Positions 20,426-32,666 of a stretch of 64,000 nucleotides of DNA are shown here, in pieces. Within the stretch, counting starts at the first letter, position 1, and each line of letters opens with the position of its first letter. The notes beneath the pieces were generated by a model that was given only the letters and a program-made list of their open reading frames with translations, did not search any database and was not told the DNA's origin. The stretch comes from Nitrospira sp. (GTDB taxonomy: Bacteria > Nitrospirota > Nitrospiria > Nitrospirales > Nitrospiraceae): assembly GCA_047150005.1 (NCBI GenBank), contig AP038806.1, positions 1,696,001 to 1,760,000 on the forward strand, read 5' to 3'. The position numbers and the translations under genes are program-made.

Positions 20426-21536
20426 TCCCTACCGCCTTGGTCTCGGACGACCGACTTCGGATACCCATCGGCAGATCGAATCGCAGCTCGAAGGTGGTGC
20501 CGGATCCGTTTCGGAACGCAAGGTCCGCGTTGAGTTGCCGGCTTAGCATCCGGATGAGCCGCAACCCCAGGGACCCGGCCGCTTGCCAATCGAGTTCCGG
20601 TGGAAGTCCGCGGCCGTCGTCGTGGAACACGAGTCTCACTTCGTCGGCCTCGACGCATCTCAATTGGATCATGATGCAGCCCGACTCCCGTCCGACGAAC
20701 GCGTGTTTGAGGCTGTTGGTCGCCAGCTCGTTGAGGATAAGGCCGCAGGGAATCGCCATGTCCACCGGGAGGAGTACGGGATCGAGTTCCATGCGCAATC
20801 GCACTTTGGAAGAGATCGCTCCATGGGCAAGAAACAGCTCGTCCATGACGTTGCGGATGTACGCGCCGAGCTCGGCGTGGGCCAGATCGGGCGATTGGTA
20901 CAATTTTTCGTGGACCAGCGCCATGGACCGCACCCGGTCACGCGCATCCTTGAAGAGGGAGCGGACAGCCGGATCGGTCAGCCGGTCGGCCTGCAGATCG
21001 ATGAGACTCGAGATCACCTGCAGGTTGTTCTTGACCCGATGATGGATTTCCTTGAGGAGGATCTCCTTCTCGTGCAATGAGGCCTTCAATTGCTTCAACC
21101 GTTCCTCGATCTCCGCCTCCATGGCGCGGTTCATCGTCGCCAGCGCGCGGGTCTTTCGGAACAGGTCCACGAAGACGCCGACCTTCGATTTGAGAATGAG
21201 GGGGTTGACCGGCTTGCTCAGATAGTCCACCGCTCCGGCGCCGTAGCCTTGCAGGATGTCCGCGTCCTCGCGGTAATAGGCGGTCAGAAAGAGGATGGGA
21301 ACGTGTTGGGTCCGCTTCCGCTGCTTGATCAGCTGGGCCAGTTCGTAGCCGCTCACCTCCGGCATCCGCACGTCGAGCACGATGACGGCGAATTCCTCGG
21401 CGATGAGGGCCAACAACGCCTCGTCCGCCGTCCTGGCGCGAACCAGCTGATGGTCCGGCGACTCGAGAATGCTCTCGAGCACGTCCAGGTTCCTGGTATC
21501 GTCGTCCACCAACAATATGCTTACAGGCTCATTCAT
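20397..21536 (-). CDS. REC + HisKA_2 sensor histidine kinase
   Basis: [51 protein letters not shown]. Confidence 0.9.
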   Translation of the reverse strand: MNEPVSILLVDDDTRNLDVLESILESPDHQLVRARTADEALLALIAEEFAVIVLDVRMPEVSGYELAQLIKQRKRTQHVPILFLTAYYREDADILQGYGAGAVDYLSKPVNPLILKSKVGVFVDLFRKTRALATMNRAMEAEIEERLKQLKASLHEKEILLKEIHHRVKNNLQVISSLIDLQADRLTDPAVRSLFKDARDRVRSMALVHEKLYQSPDLAHAELGAYIRNVMDELFLAHGAISSKVRLRMELDPVLLPVDMAIPCGLILNELATNSLKHAFVGRESGCIMIQLRCVEADEVRLVFHDDGRGLPPELDWQAAGSLGLRLIRMLSRQLNADLAFRNGSGTTFELRFDLPMGIRSRSSETKAVGNAEGQHSHR

Positions 21537-21541
21537 CGTTC

Positions 21542-21606
21542 AGTCCTGAGTGCTGAGTCCTGAGATCTGTTCCGAAACTCAGCACCCAACACTGTGAACC
21601 CAGCAC
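21542..21606. repeat. Intergenic inverted heptamer repeats (STRR-like)
   Basis: TCCTGAG-TGCTGAG-TCCTGAG followed by complementary degenerate ACTCAGC-ACCCAAC..ACCCAGC. Confidence 0.5.
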
Positions 21607-21609
21607 GTC

Positions 21610-24600
21610 CTAGCGGTACAGCCACACCCTGAGCATCGAGAGCAGCTGCTCCGTATTGACCGGTTTCGCCACATAGTCCGACGCGCCGGCTTCCAGACAC
21701 TTTTCCCGATCACCCTTCATGGCCTTCGCGGTCAAAGCCAGGATCGGTAACGACAGGAATTGAGGGTCCTTGCGGATTTCCCGGATCGTCGTGTAGCCGT
21801 CCATGTCGGGCATCATGATGTCCATCAAGACGACGCTCAGATCCGAGGCGTTGCGGATGATCTCGATCGCGTGACGCCCGTTCGTGGCGCTGACGACGTC
21901 CATCTCCTGGTTTTCCAGCACGGTGGTCAGGGCAAAAATATTGCGGGCGTCGTCGTCGACCACCAGCACCTTGTGGCCGCGCAGGACGGCGTTGGACTCG
22001 TGCAATCGCGCCAGCAACTGCTGTTTCGATGCCGGCAGGTCCGCGACCACCCGATGCAGGAACAGCGCGGTTTCATCGAACAGGCGCTCAGGCGACCGCA
22101 CGTCTTTCATCACGATGCTCTTGGCCACGGCCTTAAGCCGGCGTTCTTCTTCGGCGCTCAAGTCCTTTCCCGTGAAGACCACGATCGGCACGGTGCCCAA
22201 CGCCGGATCGGTCTTGATCTGATCGAGGAGATCGAAGCCGTTCATGTCGGGAAGGCGGAGATCGAGCACGCAGCAGTCGAAGGGCTGGGTCCGCAGGGCC
22301 TCAAGCGCGTCGGTGCCGGTGCCTGCGTCGACGATCTCGATGTCGTCGTGCAGCAGCAGCTCGCGGATGCTGCGGCTTTCCAACTCGTCGTCTTCGACCA
22401 CCAGCAGCCGCTTGAGGTGAGGGGTGATGAAATTACGGATGCGGTCGAAGCACGATTCCAGTCCCTCGGTCGTGACCGGTTTGACCATGTAGGAGAAGGC
22501 TCCATGGGCGAGGCCGTGTTGCCGCTCCTCTTCAAGTGAAATAATCTGCACCGGGATGTGTCGAGTCTTGGGATCCATCTTGAGATTGTTCAGGACCGTC
22601 CAGCCGAGCATGTCCGGGAGAAAGATGTCGAGCGTGATGGCGGCGGGCCGATACGCGGCGGCCAGGTCCAATGCCTGTCCGCCCTTCGTGGCGACGATCC
22701 CCTTGAACCCTTTGTCCCGCGCGAGACCGAGGAGCACTCGCGCATAGTGCGGATCGTCCTCGACGATGAGCAGGACCAGGTCTCCGTACTGCACCGACTC
22801 GCGGTCGTCAGGAATCTTGTCGTCCGCCGACACGGGCAGAATCGGCAGTGCGGGGGTCGGGTGGCCGAGGGCGGCCGCCGCGCCGGCGGGACGGATCTCC
22901 GCCGAGGACGGCCCGGTGTACACCAGCGGCAGATAGAGGGTGAAGGTGCTGCCTTGCCGAGGCTCGCTGAACAACCGAATTTCGCCGCCGAGCAGCGTCG
23001 CCAGCTCACGGCTGATGGCGAGTCCCAATCCCGTCCCTCCGTACTTGCGGCTGGTCCCCGCATCGGCCTGCTGGAACGCCTCGAAGATGAGCTTCTGCTT
23101 TTCGGGCGCGATGCCGATGCCGGTGTCGGCGATGGATAGAGCCACGACCGTGTGAGCCCGGCTCAGCACGGGGTGTTCCGCCGTCCATCCTTCAGACGCC
23201 AACCGAACATGCATCGCTACCTGTCCGTGCGACGTGAACTTGAAGGCATTGGACAGGAGGTTCTTGAGGATCTGCTGCAGCCGCTTGGGATCGGTCGTGA
23301 AGGCGCGCGGCAGGCCCGCGTCGAACTCCAGGTGGAAGGGGAGATTCGTGGACTCCGCGATGTGGCGGAAATTGCGTTCGACGCTGTCTCGAAGGGATTG
23401 GAACGTCATTTCTTCCGCTTCGACCGTGACCGTGCCGGATTCGATCTTCGAGAGGTCCAGAATGTCGTTGATCAGATTGAGCAGATCCGAACCGGCGCTG
23501 TGGATGTTTCTCGCGAACTCCACCTGCTTGGCGGTCAGATTCCCGCTCGTGTTGTCGCCGAGCTGCTGGCCCAGGATGAGGATGCTGTTGAGCGGCGTGC
23601 GCAGTTCATGCGACATGTTGGCCAGGAATTCGGACTTGTACTTCGACGTGAGCGCCAGCTCCGCCGCCTTTTCCTCCAAGGCGCGCCGTGCCAACTCGAC
23701 TTCCTTGTTCTTCCGCTCGACTTCCGTATTGCGCTCGGCCAGCTGTTTCGCCTTGCGCTCGAGTTCCTCGTTGGTCTGCGTGAGCTCCTTCTGCTGCGAC
23801 TGCAGCTCGGTCGTGAGCTGTTGCGACTGCTGCAGGAGGTTTTCCGTCCGCATCGTGGCCTCGATGGTGTTGAGGACGACGCCGATGCCCTGCGTGAGCT
23901 GTTCCAGGAAGGTCAAATGGGAGACGGTGAAGGGGCGCAACGAGGCCAGTTCGATAACGGCTTTCGTCTGCCCTTCGAAGAGGACCGGCAGGACCACGAT
24001 ATTGGCCGGCATCGACTCTCCGAGGCTGGATTGGATGACCGTATAGGACGGGGGCACGTCGGTGAGGAGGATCCGTTGTTGTTCCAGGGCGCACTGGCCG
24101 ACGAGGCCTTCGCCCACGGAGAACCGCTCCGCCTGTCCCCGCTGCCGCGCGTAGGAGGCCAGGAGCCGCAGGGACGGATGCTGGCCCTCTCCAGCATCCA
24201 TCTGATAGATGGTGCCTTCCTGCGCTTCGACCAGCGGAGCCAGTTCGGACAGGAGCATCTGGCCGACGGTGAAGAGGTCGCGTTGGCCCTGCAGCATGCG
24301 CGTGAATTTCGCCACGTTCGTCTTCAGCCAGTCCTGCTCCTTGTTGCGCTCCGTGGTTTCGCGCAGATTGTTGATCATCGTGTTGATATTGTCTTTGAGT
24401 TCGGCCACCTCGCCGCGCGTTTCCACTTGAATGGACCGGGTCAAGTCGCCCTTGGTCACGGCCGTGGCGACCTCGGCGATCGCTCTGACTTGAGTCGTCA
24501 GGTTGGCCGCCAACAGATTGACGTTTCCGGTCAGGTCCTTCCAGGTGCCGGCCGTGCCCGGCACGTTGGCTTGCCCGCCGAGCCGTCCTTCCACGCCGAC

Positions 24601-27600
24601 CTCCCGAGCGACGTTGGTGACCTGGTCGGCAAACGTGGCGAGCGTGTCGGTCATGTTGTTGATCGTTTCGCCCAGCGCGGCGACTTCCCCCTTGGCTTCC
24701 ACCATGAGCCGCTGCCTCAGATTGCCGTTCGCCACCGATGTGACGACCTTGACGATCCCGCGGACCTGATCGGTCAGATTGGTCGCCATGACGTTGACCG
24801 AGTCCGTCAAGTCCTTCCAGGTGCCGGCCACGCCCTGCACCACCGCCTGCCCTCCCAGCTTGCCTTCGGTGCCGACCTCGCGCGCGACCCTCGTGACTTC
24901 CGCCGCAAAGGCATTGAGCTGGTCCACCATCGTGTTGATCGTATTCTTGAGCTCCAAAATTTCGCCCTTCACGTCCACGGTGATCTTGCGGGACAGGTCG
25001 CCGCGGGCGACCGCCGTCGTCACCTCGGCGATGTTGCGCACCTGCCCGGTCAGGTTCGCACCCATGGCATTCACCGAGTCGGTGAGGTCCTTCCAGGTGC
25101 CGGCGACGCCCGGCACCACCGCCTGGACCCCCAACCGACCTTCGGTGCCGACCTCGCGGGCCACGCGGGTGACCTCGGAGGCGAAGGAGCGGAGCTGCTC
25201 GACCATGGTGTTGATCGCTTCCTTGAGCTGGAGAATCTCGCCGCGGACGTCCACGGTGATCTTGCGCGACAAGTCGCCGTTGGCGACGGCGATGGTGACT
25301 TCGGCGATGTTCCGGACCTGGGCCGTCAGGTTGGAGGCCATGGAATTCACGTTGTCGGTGAGGTCCTTCCAGGTGCCGGCGACGCCGGGGACCAGAGCCT
25401 GGCCGCCGAGCTTGCCTTCGGTGCCGACTTCACGGGCCACGCGGGTGACCTCGGAGGCGAAGGAGCGGAGCTGCTCCACCATCGTGTTGGCCGCTTCCTT
25501 GAGCTGGAGAATCTCGCCGCGGACGTCCACGGTGATCTTCTTCGAGAGATCCCCGTTGGCCACCGCGATCGTGACTTCGGCGATGTTGCGGACCTGGTCG
25601 GTCAAGTTCCCGGCCATTTGGTTGACCGAATCGGTCAATTCTTTCCAGACGCCGCTGACGCCCTTGACTTGGGCTTGGCCGCCGAGTTTGCCTTCGGTGC
25701 CGACCTCACGGGCCACGCGGGTGACCTCGGAAGCAAAGGAGCGGAGCTGCTCCACCATGCTGTTGGCCGCTTCCTTGAGTTGGAGAATCTCGCCGCGGAC
25801 GTCCACGATGATCTTCTTCGAAAGATCCCCGTTGGCCACCGCCACCGTGACTTCGGCGATGTTGCGGACCTGGGCGGTCAGATTCCCCGCCATTTCGTTC
25901 ACGCTCTCGGTCAATTCTTTCCAGACGCCGCTGACGCCTTTGACCTGGGCTTGGCCGCCGAGCTTGCCTTCGGTGCCGACCTCACGGGCCACGCGGGTCA
26001 CCTCGGAGGCGAAGGACCGGAGCTGCTCCACCATGACGTTGATCGTCTCTTTCAACTGAAGGATCTCGCCGCTGACGTCCACGGTGATCTTGCGGGACAA
26101 ATCGCCGCGCGCGACGGACGTGGCCACTTCGGCGATATTCCGGACTTGGGCCGTCAGATTGTTGGCCATCGAATTGACGTTGTCGGTGAGGTCCTTCCAG
26201 GTACCGGCGACGCCGGGGACGACCGCCTGCACACCGAGCTTGCCTTCGGTGCCGACCTCACGGGCCACGCGGGTGACCTCCGCCGCGAAGCCGTTCAGCT
26301 GGTCCACCATCGTGTTGATCGTATTCTTGAGCTCCAAAATCTCGCCCTTCACGTCCACGGTAATCTTGCGTGATAAATCGCCCCGAGCGACTGCGGTCGC
26401 GACCTCGGCGATGTTGCGGACCTGGGCGGTGAGGTTCAGGCCCATGGCGTTGACCGAATCGGTGAGGTCTTTCCAGGTTCCGCCGACGCCCGGCACGGCG
26501 GCCTGCACACCGAGCTTGCCCTCGGTGCCGACGTCGCGGGCCACGCGGGTGACCTCCGCCGCGAAGCCGTTCAGCTGGTCCACCATCGTGTTGATCGTAT
26601 TCTTGAGCTCCAAAATCTCGCCCTTCACGTCCACGGTGATCTTGCGGGATAGGTCGCCGCGCGCGACCGCCGTCGTCACCTCGGCGATGTTCCGGACTTG
26701 AGCGGTCAGGTTGTTGGCCATGGCGTTGACCGAATCGGTGAGGTCTTTCCAGGTACCGCCGACCCCCGGCACGGCGGCGTTGACGCCGAGCTTGCCTTCG
26801 GTGCCGACTTCACGGGCCACGCGGGTGACCTCGGAGGCGAAGGAGCGGAGCTGCTCGACCATGGTGTTGATCGTCTCCTTGAGCTGGAGAATCTCGCCGC
26901 GGACGTCCACGGTGATCTTGCGCGACAAGTCGCCGCGGGCGACGGCGACGGTGACTTCGACGATGTTCCGGACCTGGGCCGTCAGGTTGGAGGCCATGGA
27001 ATTCACGTTGTCGGTGAGATCCTTCCAGGTGCCGGCGACGCCGGGGACGATCGCCTGGCCGCCGAGTTTGCCTTCGGTGCCGACTTCACGGGCCACGCGG
27101 GTGACCTCGGAGGCGAAGGAGCGGAGCTGCTCCACCATCGTGTTGATGGCTTCCTTGAGCTGGAGAATCTCGCCGCGGACGTCCACGGTGATCTTCTTCG
27201 AGAGATCCCCGTTGGCCACCGCGATCGTGACTTCGGCGATGTTCCGGACCTGGGCCGTCAAGTTCCCGGCCATTTGGTTGACCGAATCGGTCAATTCTTT
27301 CCAGACGCCGCTGACGCCCTTGACTTGGGCTTGGCCGCCGAGTTTGCCTTCGGTGCCGACCTCGCGCGCGACGCGGGTCACCTCGGAGGTGAACACGGAG
27401 AGCTGTTCGATCATTTTATTCAGCAGTTTGGCGCTCCGCAGAAATTCGCCTTCCAGCGGGCGACCGTCCTTCTCCAGCGCCATGGCTTGGCTGAGGTCGC
27501 CCTTGGCGACCGCGCCGACCGCACGGGTGACTTCCGTGGTCGGAGAGACGAGGTCGTCGATCAATTGGTTCAGGGAGTCGATTTCGTTCGCCCACCCGCC

Positions 27601-27897
27601 GGTGACCCCCGGCACGGACAGGCGTTGCCTGAGCCGTCCTTCTTTCCCGACGACGCGACAGACCCGCACGGTCTCGCTGGCCCTTCGTTCGCTGACGTCG
27701 AGGACCTCGTTCATCGTGTCCGCCATCTTTCCCAGCACGCCGGTCCACGTGGCCGGCAGCCGGACGGAAAAGTCGCCGTTGCGGTAGGCCGTCATGACGC
27801 TCAAGATCTCTCCGAGCTGCTGGTTGACGTTCTGGCGGGTGTAGCCGTTCTCAGCGGAGGCCTTCGAAGTCTTCACGTCCACGGCAGAGTCCTTCAT
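21610..27897 (-). CDS. Poly-HAMP hybrid histidine kinase (group III/NIK1-like): HAMP array-GAF-HisKA-HATPase-3xREC
   Basis: 11 clear 92-aa repeats (NLTxQVRxIxx[17 protein letters not shown]), [35 protein letters not shown], three receivers; AAGGAG RBS before ATG 27897. Confidence 0.93.
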   Translation of the reverse strand: MKDSAVDVKTSKASAENGYTRQNVNQQLGEILSVMTAYRNGDFSVRLPATWTGVLGKMADTMNEVLDVSERRASETVRVCRVVGKEGRLRQRLSVPGVTGGWANEIDSLNQLIDDLVSPTTEVTRAVGAVAKGDLSQAMALEKDGRPLEGEFLRSAKLLNKMIEQLSVFTSEVTRVAREVGTEGKLGGQAQVKGVSGVWKELTDSVNQMAGNLTAQVRNIAEVTIAVANGDLSKKITVDVRGEILQLKEAINTMVEQLRSFASEVTRVAREVGTEGKLGGQAIVPGVAGTWKDLTDNVNSMASNLTAQVRNIVEVTVAVARGDLSRKITVDVRGEILQLKETINTMVEQLRSFASEVTRVAREVGTEGKLGVNAAVPGVGGTWKDLTDSVNAMANNLTAQVRNIAEVTTAVARGDLSRKITVDVKGEILELKNTINTMVDQLNGFAAEVTRVARDVGTEGKLGVQAAVPGVGGTWKDLTDSVNAMGLNLTAQVRNIAEVATAVARGDLSRKITVDVKGEILELKNTINTMVDQLNGFAAEVTRVAREVGTEGKLGVQAVVPGVAGTWKDLTDNVNSMANNLTAQVRNIAEVATSVARGDLSRKITVDVSGEILQLKETINVMVEQLRSFASEVTRVAREVGTEGKLGGQAQVKGVSGVWKELTESVNEMAGNLTAQVRNIAEVTVAVANGDLSKKIIVDVRGEILQLKEAANSMVEQLRSFASEVTRVAREVGTEGKLGGQAQVKGVSGVWKELTDSVNQMAGNLTDQVRNIAEVTIAVANGDLSKKITVDVRGEILQLKEAANTMVEQLRSFASEVTRVAREVGTEGKLGGQALVPGVAGTWKDLTDNVNSMASNLTAQVRNIAEVTIAVANGDLSRKITVDVRGEILQLKEAINTMVEQLRSFASEVTRVAREVGTEGRLGVQAVVPGVAGTWKDLTDSVNAMGANLTGQVRNIAEVTTAVARGDLSRKITVDVKGEILELKNTINTMVDQLNAFAAEVTRVAREVGTEGKLGGQAVVQGVAGTWKDLTDSVNVMATNLTDQVRGIVKVVTSVANGNLRQRLMVEAKGEVAALGETINNMTDTLATFADQVTNVAREVGVEGRLGGQANVPGTAGTWKDLTGNVNLLAANLTTQVRAIAEVATAVTKGDLTRSIQVETRGEVAELKDNINTMINNLRETTERNKEQDWLKTNVAKFTRMLQGQRDLFTVGQMLLSELAPLVEAQEGTIYQMDAGEGQHPSLRLLASYARQRGQAERFSVGEGLVGQCALEQQRILLTDVPPSYTVIQSSLGESMPANIVVLPVLFEGQTKAVIELASLRPFTVSHLTFLEQLTQGIGVVLNTIEATMRTENLLQQSQQLTTELQSQQKELTQTNEELERKAKQLAERNTEVERKNKEVELARRALEEKAAELALTSKYKSEFLANMSHELRTPLNSILILGQQLGDNTSGNLTAKQVEFARNIHSAGSDLLNLINDILDLSKIESGTVTVEAEEMTFQSLRDSVERNFRHIAESTNLPFHLEFDAGLPRAFTTDPKRLQQILKNLLSNAFKFTSHGQVAMHVRLASEGWTAEHPVLSRAHTVVALSIADTGIGIAPEKQKLIFEAFQQADAGTSRKYGGTGLGLAISRELATLLGGEIRLFSEPRQGSTFTLYLPLVYTGPSSAEIRPAGAAAALGHPTPALPILPVSADDKIPDDRESVQYGDLVLLIVEDDPHYARVLLGLARDKGFKGIVATKGGQALDLAAAYRPAAITLDIFLPDMLGWTVLNNLKMDPKTRHIPVQIISLEEERQHGLAHGAFSYMVKPVTTEGLESCFDRIRNFITPHLKRLLVVEDDELESRSIRELLLHDDIEIVDAGTGTDALEALRTQPFDCCVLDLRLPDMNGFDLLDQIKTDPALGTVPIVVFTGKDLSAEEERRLKAVAKSIVMKDVRSPERLFDETALFLHRVVADLPASKQQLLARLHESNAVLRGHKVLVVDDDARNIFALTTVLENQEMDVVSATNGRHAIEIIRNASDLSVVLMDIMMPDMDGYTTIREIRKDPQFLSLPILALTAKAMKGDREKCLEAGASDYVAKPVNTEQLLSMLRVWLYR
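24380..27420 (-). repeat. 276-bp tandem HAMP-coding repeat array
   Basis: Near-identical DNA units; e.g. 25525.. matches 27181.. and 24925.. matches 26581.. (offset 1656 = 6x276); boundaries approximate. Confidence 0.85.
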
Positions 27898-27983
27898 CCC
27901 GGTCTCCTTGAAAAAGGACGATGAGGTGGAAAAGCGGCGCAGGATTGACCGCAATGAACATACCTCCGCAAGGGGAAATGCCA

Positions 27984-27999
27984 ACTGGGGGAACCCCTA
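27984..27999 (-). promoter_or_regulatory. Palindromic activator-like box upstream of poly-HAMP kinase operon
   Basis: Minus strand TAGGGGTTCCCCCAGT, then 21 nt, then TATGTT. Confidence 0.6.
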
Positions 28000-28057
28000 G
28001 AGACGATGGAAATGCAGTGATGGAACGGGCGGTAGATTTGGTAGATAAGGTCGGTGA

Positions 28058-31000
28058 TCAGCCTTGGCTCATGTGACCGGCGGCGCCGGTCGCCTGGTGG
28101 ACCTGAATGGCACCGTACAGTTCCTCGACCGCGGCTTCCTTGGTCAACAACGCGGCTGCGCCCGCCTGCTTCATGGCCTGATCGTTCTCAATGCCGGCAT
28201 TGACCGACAGGCCGATGACGATCGTGTTCGGATGGGACGCCCTGATCCGTCTCGTGGCGTCGATGCCGTTCATCCCGGGCATGTTGACGTCCATGACGAC
28301 AACGGACGGTTGCAGCCGATCCACGCAGGCAAGAGCTTCGAATCCGTCCCGAGCCTCGCCCACGATCTCGACGTCCGCATAGGTTTCCAGGACGCTGCGC
28401 AACCCCTGGCGTACCATTGCGTGATCGTCCACGAGGAGCACGCGGTGCGTTGCTGTCTGAAGCGGAACAAGGTTGGCAAAGCGGTCGTCCCGGAGCAGGT
28501 CATCCGATTGCGTCGCCACACGAGACATGGGCAAGCCGGTTGGTCCGGCTCCGGTGCCTCGCTCGGCCCCCATGCCCGCCGGCTCAGCATTATTCGGCAA
28601 CGGCAGGACCAGGCGAGCCCTCGTGCCCTTGCCGGGCTGCGAAATCAGGTCGAGCCTACCCCCCAGCGCCGTCATCCGTTCCCGGATGCTGTACAGGCCG
28701 AACTTTGACGAAAGCGCCGTCGGCACTTCGGCTGCAAAGGCCGCGTTGGGGTCGAACCCCTTCCCCTGGTCTCCAACTTCGACCAGCAAGGTTCCCTCCT
28801 GTCGCACGATCGACAGGAACGCCTGGCCTGACTGACCGTGTTTTGCGGCGTTGATCAGCAATTCCCGCACCGATTGAAAGAGAAGGACCGCTTGATCTTC
28901 AGCGAGGGCTACCTCGCCGACCCCTTCCGCCTTCACGTCCACGTTCAAATTGTGCCGGTTCATTCTGTCGGCCAGCCATTTGAGCGCCGGAACCAAACCG
29001 AACTCGTGAAGGACCGTGGGGGCGAGATCGGCGACCAAGGTTCTCGTATAGGTCAGTGATTCGCTCAGCGCGTCCTGTGTCTGTTGGACCAGTTCCGCAC
29101 CCTTGTCGTCCAGCCTCGCCGTCCGCTTCAATTGCCCCAGATTCAACCGGCACAGCACCAGCATTTGGGCGAGGTGGTCGTGCAGTTCCATGGCCATCCG
29201 CTTCCGTTCCCGTTGTTCGGCGAAGTTCAGCTCTGTCGCCATGGCCCGCAACCGCTTTTGCGACTGCAGCAGTTTGTTGGTGCGATCCGCGACCATCTGC
29301 TCCAACCGAGCGGCAAACAAACGGAGCCGGTCTTCGCTCTCCCGCAACCGAGTTTCGGCCCTGCGCCGGTCGATGCCGGTGGCCAATGTTCCGCCGATCG
29401 CCTGAGCCAACGCGATCTGGTTTGCGTCCATGGTCCGAGGTCGATCGAAATACACCATGAACTTGCCGAGAAGCTTCCCGCCGTACATCAGGGGGATGAA
29501 ACTCAGAGCCCGGATTCCTTCCCGGTCGATCACCGCCTTCAGCGCGGGGTCGAGGGACGTATCGGCAATATCTCCGATGATGATCGGCCGGGGATCCGGT
29601 TCATCCGCGCTCCAAGGAGAGTGCCCTTCCACGGCGCGCCGGTACTGTTCCGACAGGCCCCTCCAGGCCTTGAACCGGATGACGCCGTCGCCCTCGAAGA
29701 GGAGGATGGACGCTCGATCGGCGCCGAGGGTCTGGATGATCGAGTCGAGCGCCCGCTCGTACAGCTGGGGCAGCGCGTCGGCATGGTTGACCGCTTCGGC
29801 CAATTCAAAGAGCAGGCGCTGCTGACTGCTGCGTACGAGCAACTCCTCCTGGGCCTGCTTGCGCTCCGTGATGTCGGTCGCGACGCCGATGATCTGCTTC
29901 ACTCGGCCGTCCACATCACGTTCGAATGCCGTCGCTCTCGACAGCAGCCAGCGATACGAACCGTCCGCATGCCGGATGCGGTGCTCGTGCTCCAAGGCCT
30001 CTCCTTCCGCGGTCCCGTCGAATCGTGCGAACCACTCAAGCGTCCCCTGCAGGTCGTCCGGATGGACGCTCTGATCGATCAATTCGCCGGGTACCGCTTG
30101 AATCAGCGCCGAGCTGTAGCCGAGCACGGAGTCGATGCGTTTGTTCGAGTAGATGTTGCGGCCTTCGCGGATGTCGTAGACGAACAGGATGTCCGGCGTG
30201 GCAGCGGCCATGCGCTCCAGGAAGAGCTTGCTGCGGGCGAGCTCTCCCTGCATGTCTCGACGCACGCGCGCCAATTCATAATGGCTTTCCACCCGGGCCA
30301 GAAGTTCCCGCGCGCTGAACGGCTTGATGAGATAGTCATCCGCGCCGTGTGCCAATCCTTCGATGCGGGATACTTCACCCGCCCTCGCGGACAGCAGAAT
30401 GATCGGAATGGCTCTGGTGGAAGGATCATTGCGCAGCGCGCGTACCAATCCGAACCCGTCGAGCGTGGGCATCATGACGTCGCTCAGAATCACGTCGGGC
30501 GGGCGGGCCTGCGCCGCGGCCAACGCAGCGGCTCCGTCGGTCACGGCCTCCACGTCGAATCGTCGATCCAGTAACCGGGTGAGGTAGGCCCGCATATCGG
30601 CGTTGTCGTCGGCCAACAGCACGCGGGGCCGCGACTGCTCGGGTGCTCCGTCACGAAGACGGATCGAAGGTTCCGGATTCCCCTCCGCCTCGGGTTCCGA
30701 TGCCCGCCGCTCGATGCCGGTCTCGGCAGGAAGCCAGCGCAACGCCTCCTCCAGATAGAGATCGGCCCTTGCACCGGTCGACTCAGGATGGCCGGCCGGT
30801 CTCACGTGGTCCGCCGGCAAATGGGCGGTGCCGAAGGGGACTCTGACCGTAAAGACGGATCCTTCGTCGACAATGCTGGTGACGGTCAGTGAGCCGCCGT
30901 GCTGCTGCACGAGCTGTTTGACCAGCGCGAGGCCGATGCCGCTGCCCTCGATCGTTCGTCCTCCCCCGCCCTGCACGCGATGAAACCGTTCGAAGATTTT

Positions 31001-32542
31001 CGGCAGCTCTTCGTCGGGGATCCCGACGCCCGTGTCGCGGACGTCCAGGACTGCAGCCGGTCCGTCCTCCTGCAAGACGACGGCGATGCTCCCCTGCAGC
31101 GTGAATTTGAAGGCGTTGGACAACAGATTCAGCACGATCTTCTCCCACATCTCCCGGTCGACATAGACCGGCTTGGACAAAGTCCGGCACTCCACCGTCA
31201 ACCTGAGTTGCGCCCGTTCGACGGCGGACCGAAATACGGCGGTGAGCTGGGCGGTCAATGCCGCCAGATCGGTCGGCTCGTAGTGGGCCTGGGCCCGGCC
31301 CGCTTCAACCCTGGAAAAATCGAGCAGGGCATTGACCAGTTTGAGAAGACGCCGGCTGTTACGGTAGGCGAGGCCGAGCCGATCACGATGGACGGGAGCC
31401 AGGGGAGCGAGCCGGTCGTCCAGGCTGTCCCGCAAGGGCTCAAGCATCAGCGTCAGCGGCGTGCGGAACTCGTGACTCACATTGGAAAAGAACGCCGTCT
31501 TGGCCCGATCCAGTTCGGCCAATGATTCCGCGCGCCTGGTTTCTTCTTCCAGCGCCCGGGCGCTGGCGATCGCACTGCCGATCTGGCCGGCGATCAGAAC
31601 CAGGAAACCGCGGTAGCCGGCGTCCAGCACACGTTGGGGATTGAGACCTGCGATGAGGAATCCGGCCGCCTGAGTCAGCCCCGGTGTGGCGATCGGTAAA
31701 ATCAGCGCCGTTTGGGGGGATTCGGGACGGAATTTCTGCAAGCACGATCCGAAACGCTCCGTCAGGTTCGAGACGAGTTCGCCGCCTCCGGTCTCGAATA
31801 CCGTGCGTAGAGGCCAGGTCGTCGACTCCGCCGCATCGCCCATGTCGATCCGTTCCGGGGTAGCCGATGTGCCGGCAGCCAGGCCCGTCGTGGCGATCAA
31901 CCGGGCACACCGTCCGCCACCGTCGAGCAGATACAGCAAGGTAAAAGGGAGATCGGCGCGATTGGCGCCCAGGCTGCTTGTGGCCGCGATGCAGGCTCCG
32001 TCATCCGACTTGACGTCGACGAGCGCCCGGCCGAGGTCGCGCAGGGTGCGCAGCCGCCGCTCGCCCACCACCCGTTCGGTGGTTTCGGTGACGGCGCAGA
32101 AAACGCCGCCGATCGATCCGGCGTCGTCGCGAATGGGACTGAATGAAAACGTGAAATAACATTCCTCGCGCGGCAGGCTGCGTTTCAGCACGAGGAGGAG
32201 GTCTTCCGACCAGGTGGCGTCTCCGGTCGCGAACACGCTGTCCGACATGGGGCCGATGATGTGCCAGATTTCCTTCCAGTATTCCTGCAGCGGTTGGCCC
32301 AGCGCACTGGGATGCTTCGGGGAGCCGTAGATCGGAATGTACGCATCGTTATAAAAGGTTGTGCAGGCGGATCGGCCCCACCACATGCTGATCGGATAGC
32401 GGGAGCCGAGGCAGATACTCACGGCGGTCTTGAGGCTTTGGGGCCAGTCGACCGCCGGTCCCACCGGGGTGGTGGACCAGTCGAAGGCGCGGACGCGCCG
32501 GCCCATTTCGCCGCCGCCGTCGAGAAAGTCCAAAGGGCTCAT
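28058..32542 (-). CDS. Multi-domain hybrid kinase with two kinase cores (PAS-like/GAF-HisKA-HATPase-REC-PAS-GAF-HisKA_3-HATPase-REC)
   Basis: DWSTTPVGP..WPQSL N-terminus; FFSNVSHEFRTPLT; GSGIGLAL; LSDVMMP; ELHDHLAQML; VMDVNMP. Confidence 0.9.
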   Translation of the reverse strand: MSPLDFLDGGGEMGRRVRAFDWSTTPVGPAVDWPQSLKTAVSICLGSRYPISMWWGRSACTTFYNDAYIPIYGSPKHPSALGQPLQEYWKEIWHIIGPMSDSVFATGDATWSEDLLLVLKRSLPREECYFTFSFSPIRDDAGSIGGVFCAVTETTERVVGERRLRTLRDLGRALVDVKSDDGACIAATSSLGANRADLPFTLLYLLDGGGRCARLIATTGLAAGTSATPERIDMGDAAESTTWPLRTVFETGGGELVSNLTERFGSCLQKFRPESPQTALILPIATPGLTQAAGFLIAGLNPQRVLDAGYRGFLVLIAGQIGSAIASARALEEETRRAESLAELDRAKTAFFSNVSHEFRTPLTLMLEPLRDSLDDRLAPLAPVHRDRLGLAYRNSRRLLKLVNALLDFSRVEAGRAQAHYEPTDLAALTAQLTAVFRSAVERAQLRLTVECRTLSKPVYVDREMWEKIVLNLLSNAFKFTLQGSIAVVLQEDGPAAVLDVRDTGVGIPDEELPKIFERFHRVQGGGGRTIEGSGIGLALVKQLVQQHGGSLTVTSIVDEGSVFTVRVPFGTAHLPADHVRPAGHPESTGARADLYLEEALRWLPAETGIERRASEPEAEGNPEPSIRLRDGAPEQSRPRVLLADDNADMRAYLTRLLDRRFDVEAVTDGAAALAAAQARPPDVILSDVMMPTLDGFGLVRALRNDPSTRAIPIILLSARAGEVSRIEGLAHGADDYLIKPFSARELLARVESHYELARVRRDMQGELARSKLFLERMAAATPDILFVYDIREGRNIYSNKRIDSVLGYSSALIQAVPGELIDQSVHPDDLQGTLEWFARFDGTAEGEALEHEHRIRHADGSYRWLLSRATAFERDVDGRVKQIIGVATDITERKQAQEELLVRSSQQRLLFELAEAVNHADALPQLYERALDSIIQTLGADRASILLFEGDGVIRFKAWRGLSEQYRRAVEGHSPWSADEPDPRPIIIGDIADTSLDPALKAVIDREGIRALSFIPLMYGGKLLGKFMVYFDRPRTMDANQIALAQAIGGTLATGIDRRRAETRLRESEDRLRLFAARLEQMVADRTNKLLQSQKRLRAMATELNFAEQRERKRMAMELHDHLAQMLVLCRLNLGQLKRTARLDDKGAELVQQTQDALSESLTYTRTLVADLAPTVLHEFGLVPALKWLADRMNRHNLNVDVKAEGVGEVALAEDQAVLLFQSVRELLINAAKHGQSGQAFLSIVRQEGTLLVEVGDQGKGFDPNAAFAAEVPTALSSKFGLYSIRERMTALGGRLDLISQPGKGTRARLVLPLPNNAEPAGMGAERGTGAGPTGLPMSRVATQSDDLLRDDRFANLVPLQTATHRVLLVDDHAMVRQGLRSVLETYADVEIVGEARDGFEALACVDRLQPSVVVMDVNMPGMNGIDATRRIRASHPNTIVIGLSVNAGIENDQAMKQAGAAALLTKEAAVEELYGAIQVHQATGAAGHMSQG

Positions 32543-32666
32543 TTTCTGCCGACCGGGTTCGCTCAGGAATGGACTATCGGTTGTCTTCGTCTTCGCATGA
32601 AACCGGGCGGGCTGGCCTCGGGTGGTTCCGGCCCGCCCTGCGGAGGTTTGGACCGCCGTAGAAGCC

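Noticed and set aside
24380..27420. Regular repeats as a possible CRISPR array
   Set aside because: These are 276-bp in-frame coding units without unique spacers, and there are no cas genes.
23152..27924. Very long plus-strand ORFs (1073 aa, 426 aa, 408 aa, 358 aa)
   Set aside because: Antisense shadows of the repetitive, GC-biased poly-HAMP kinase, with no independent motifs.
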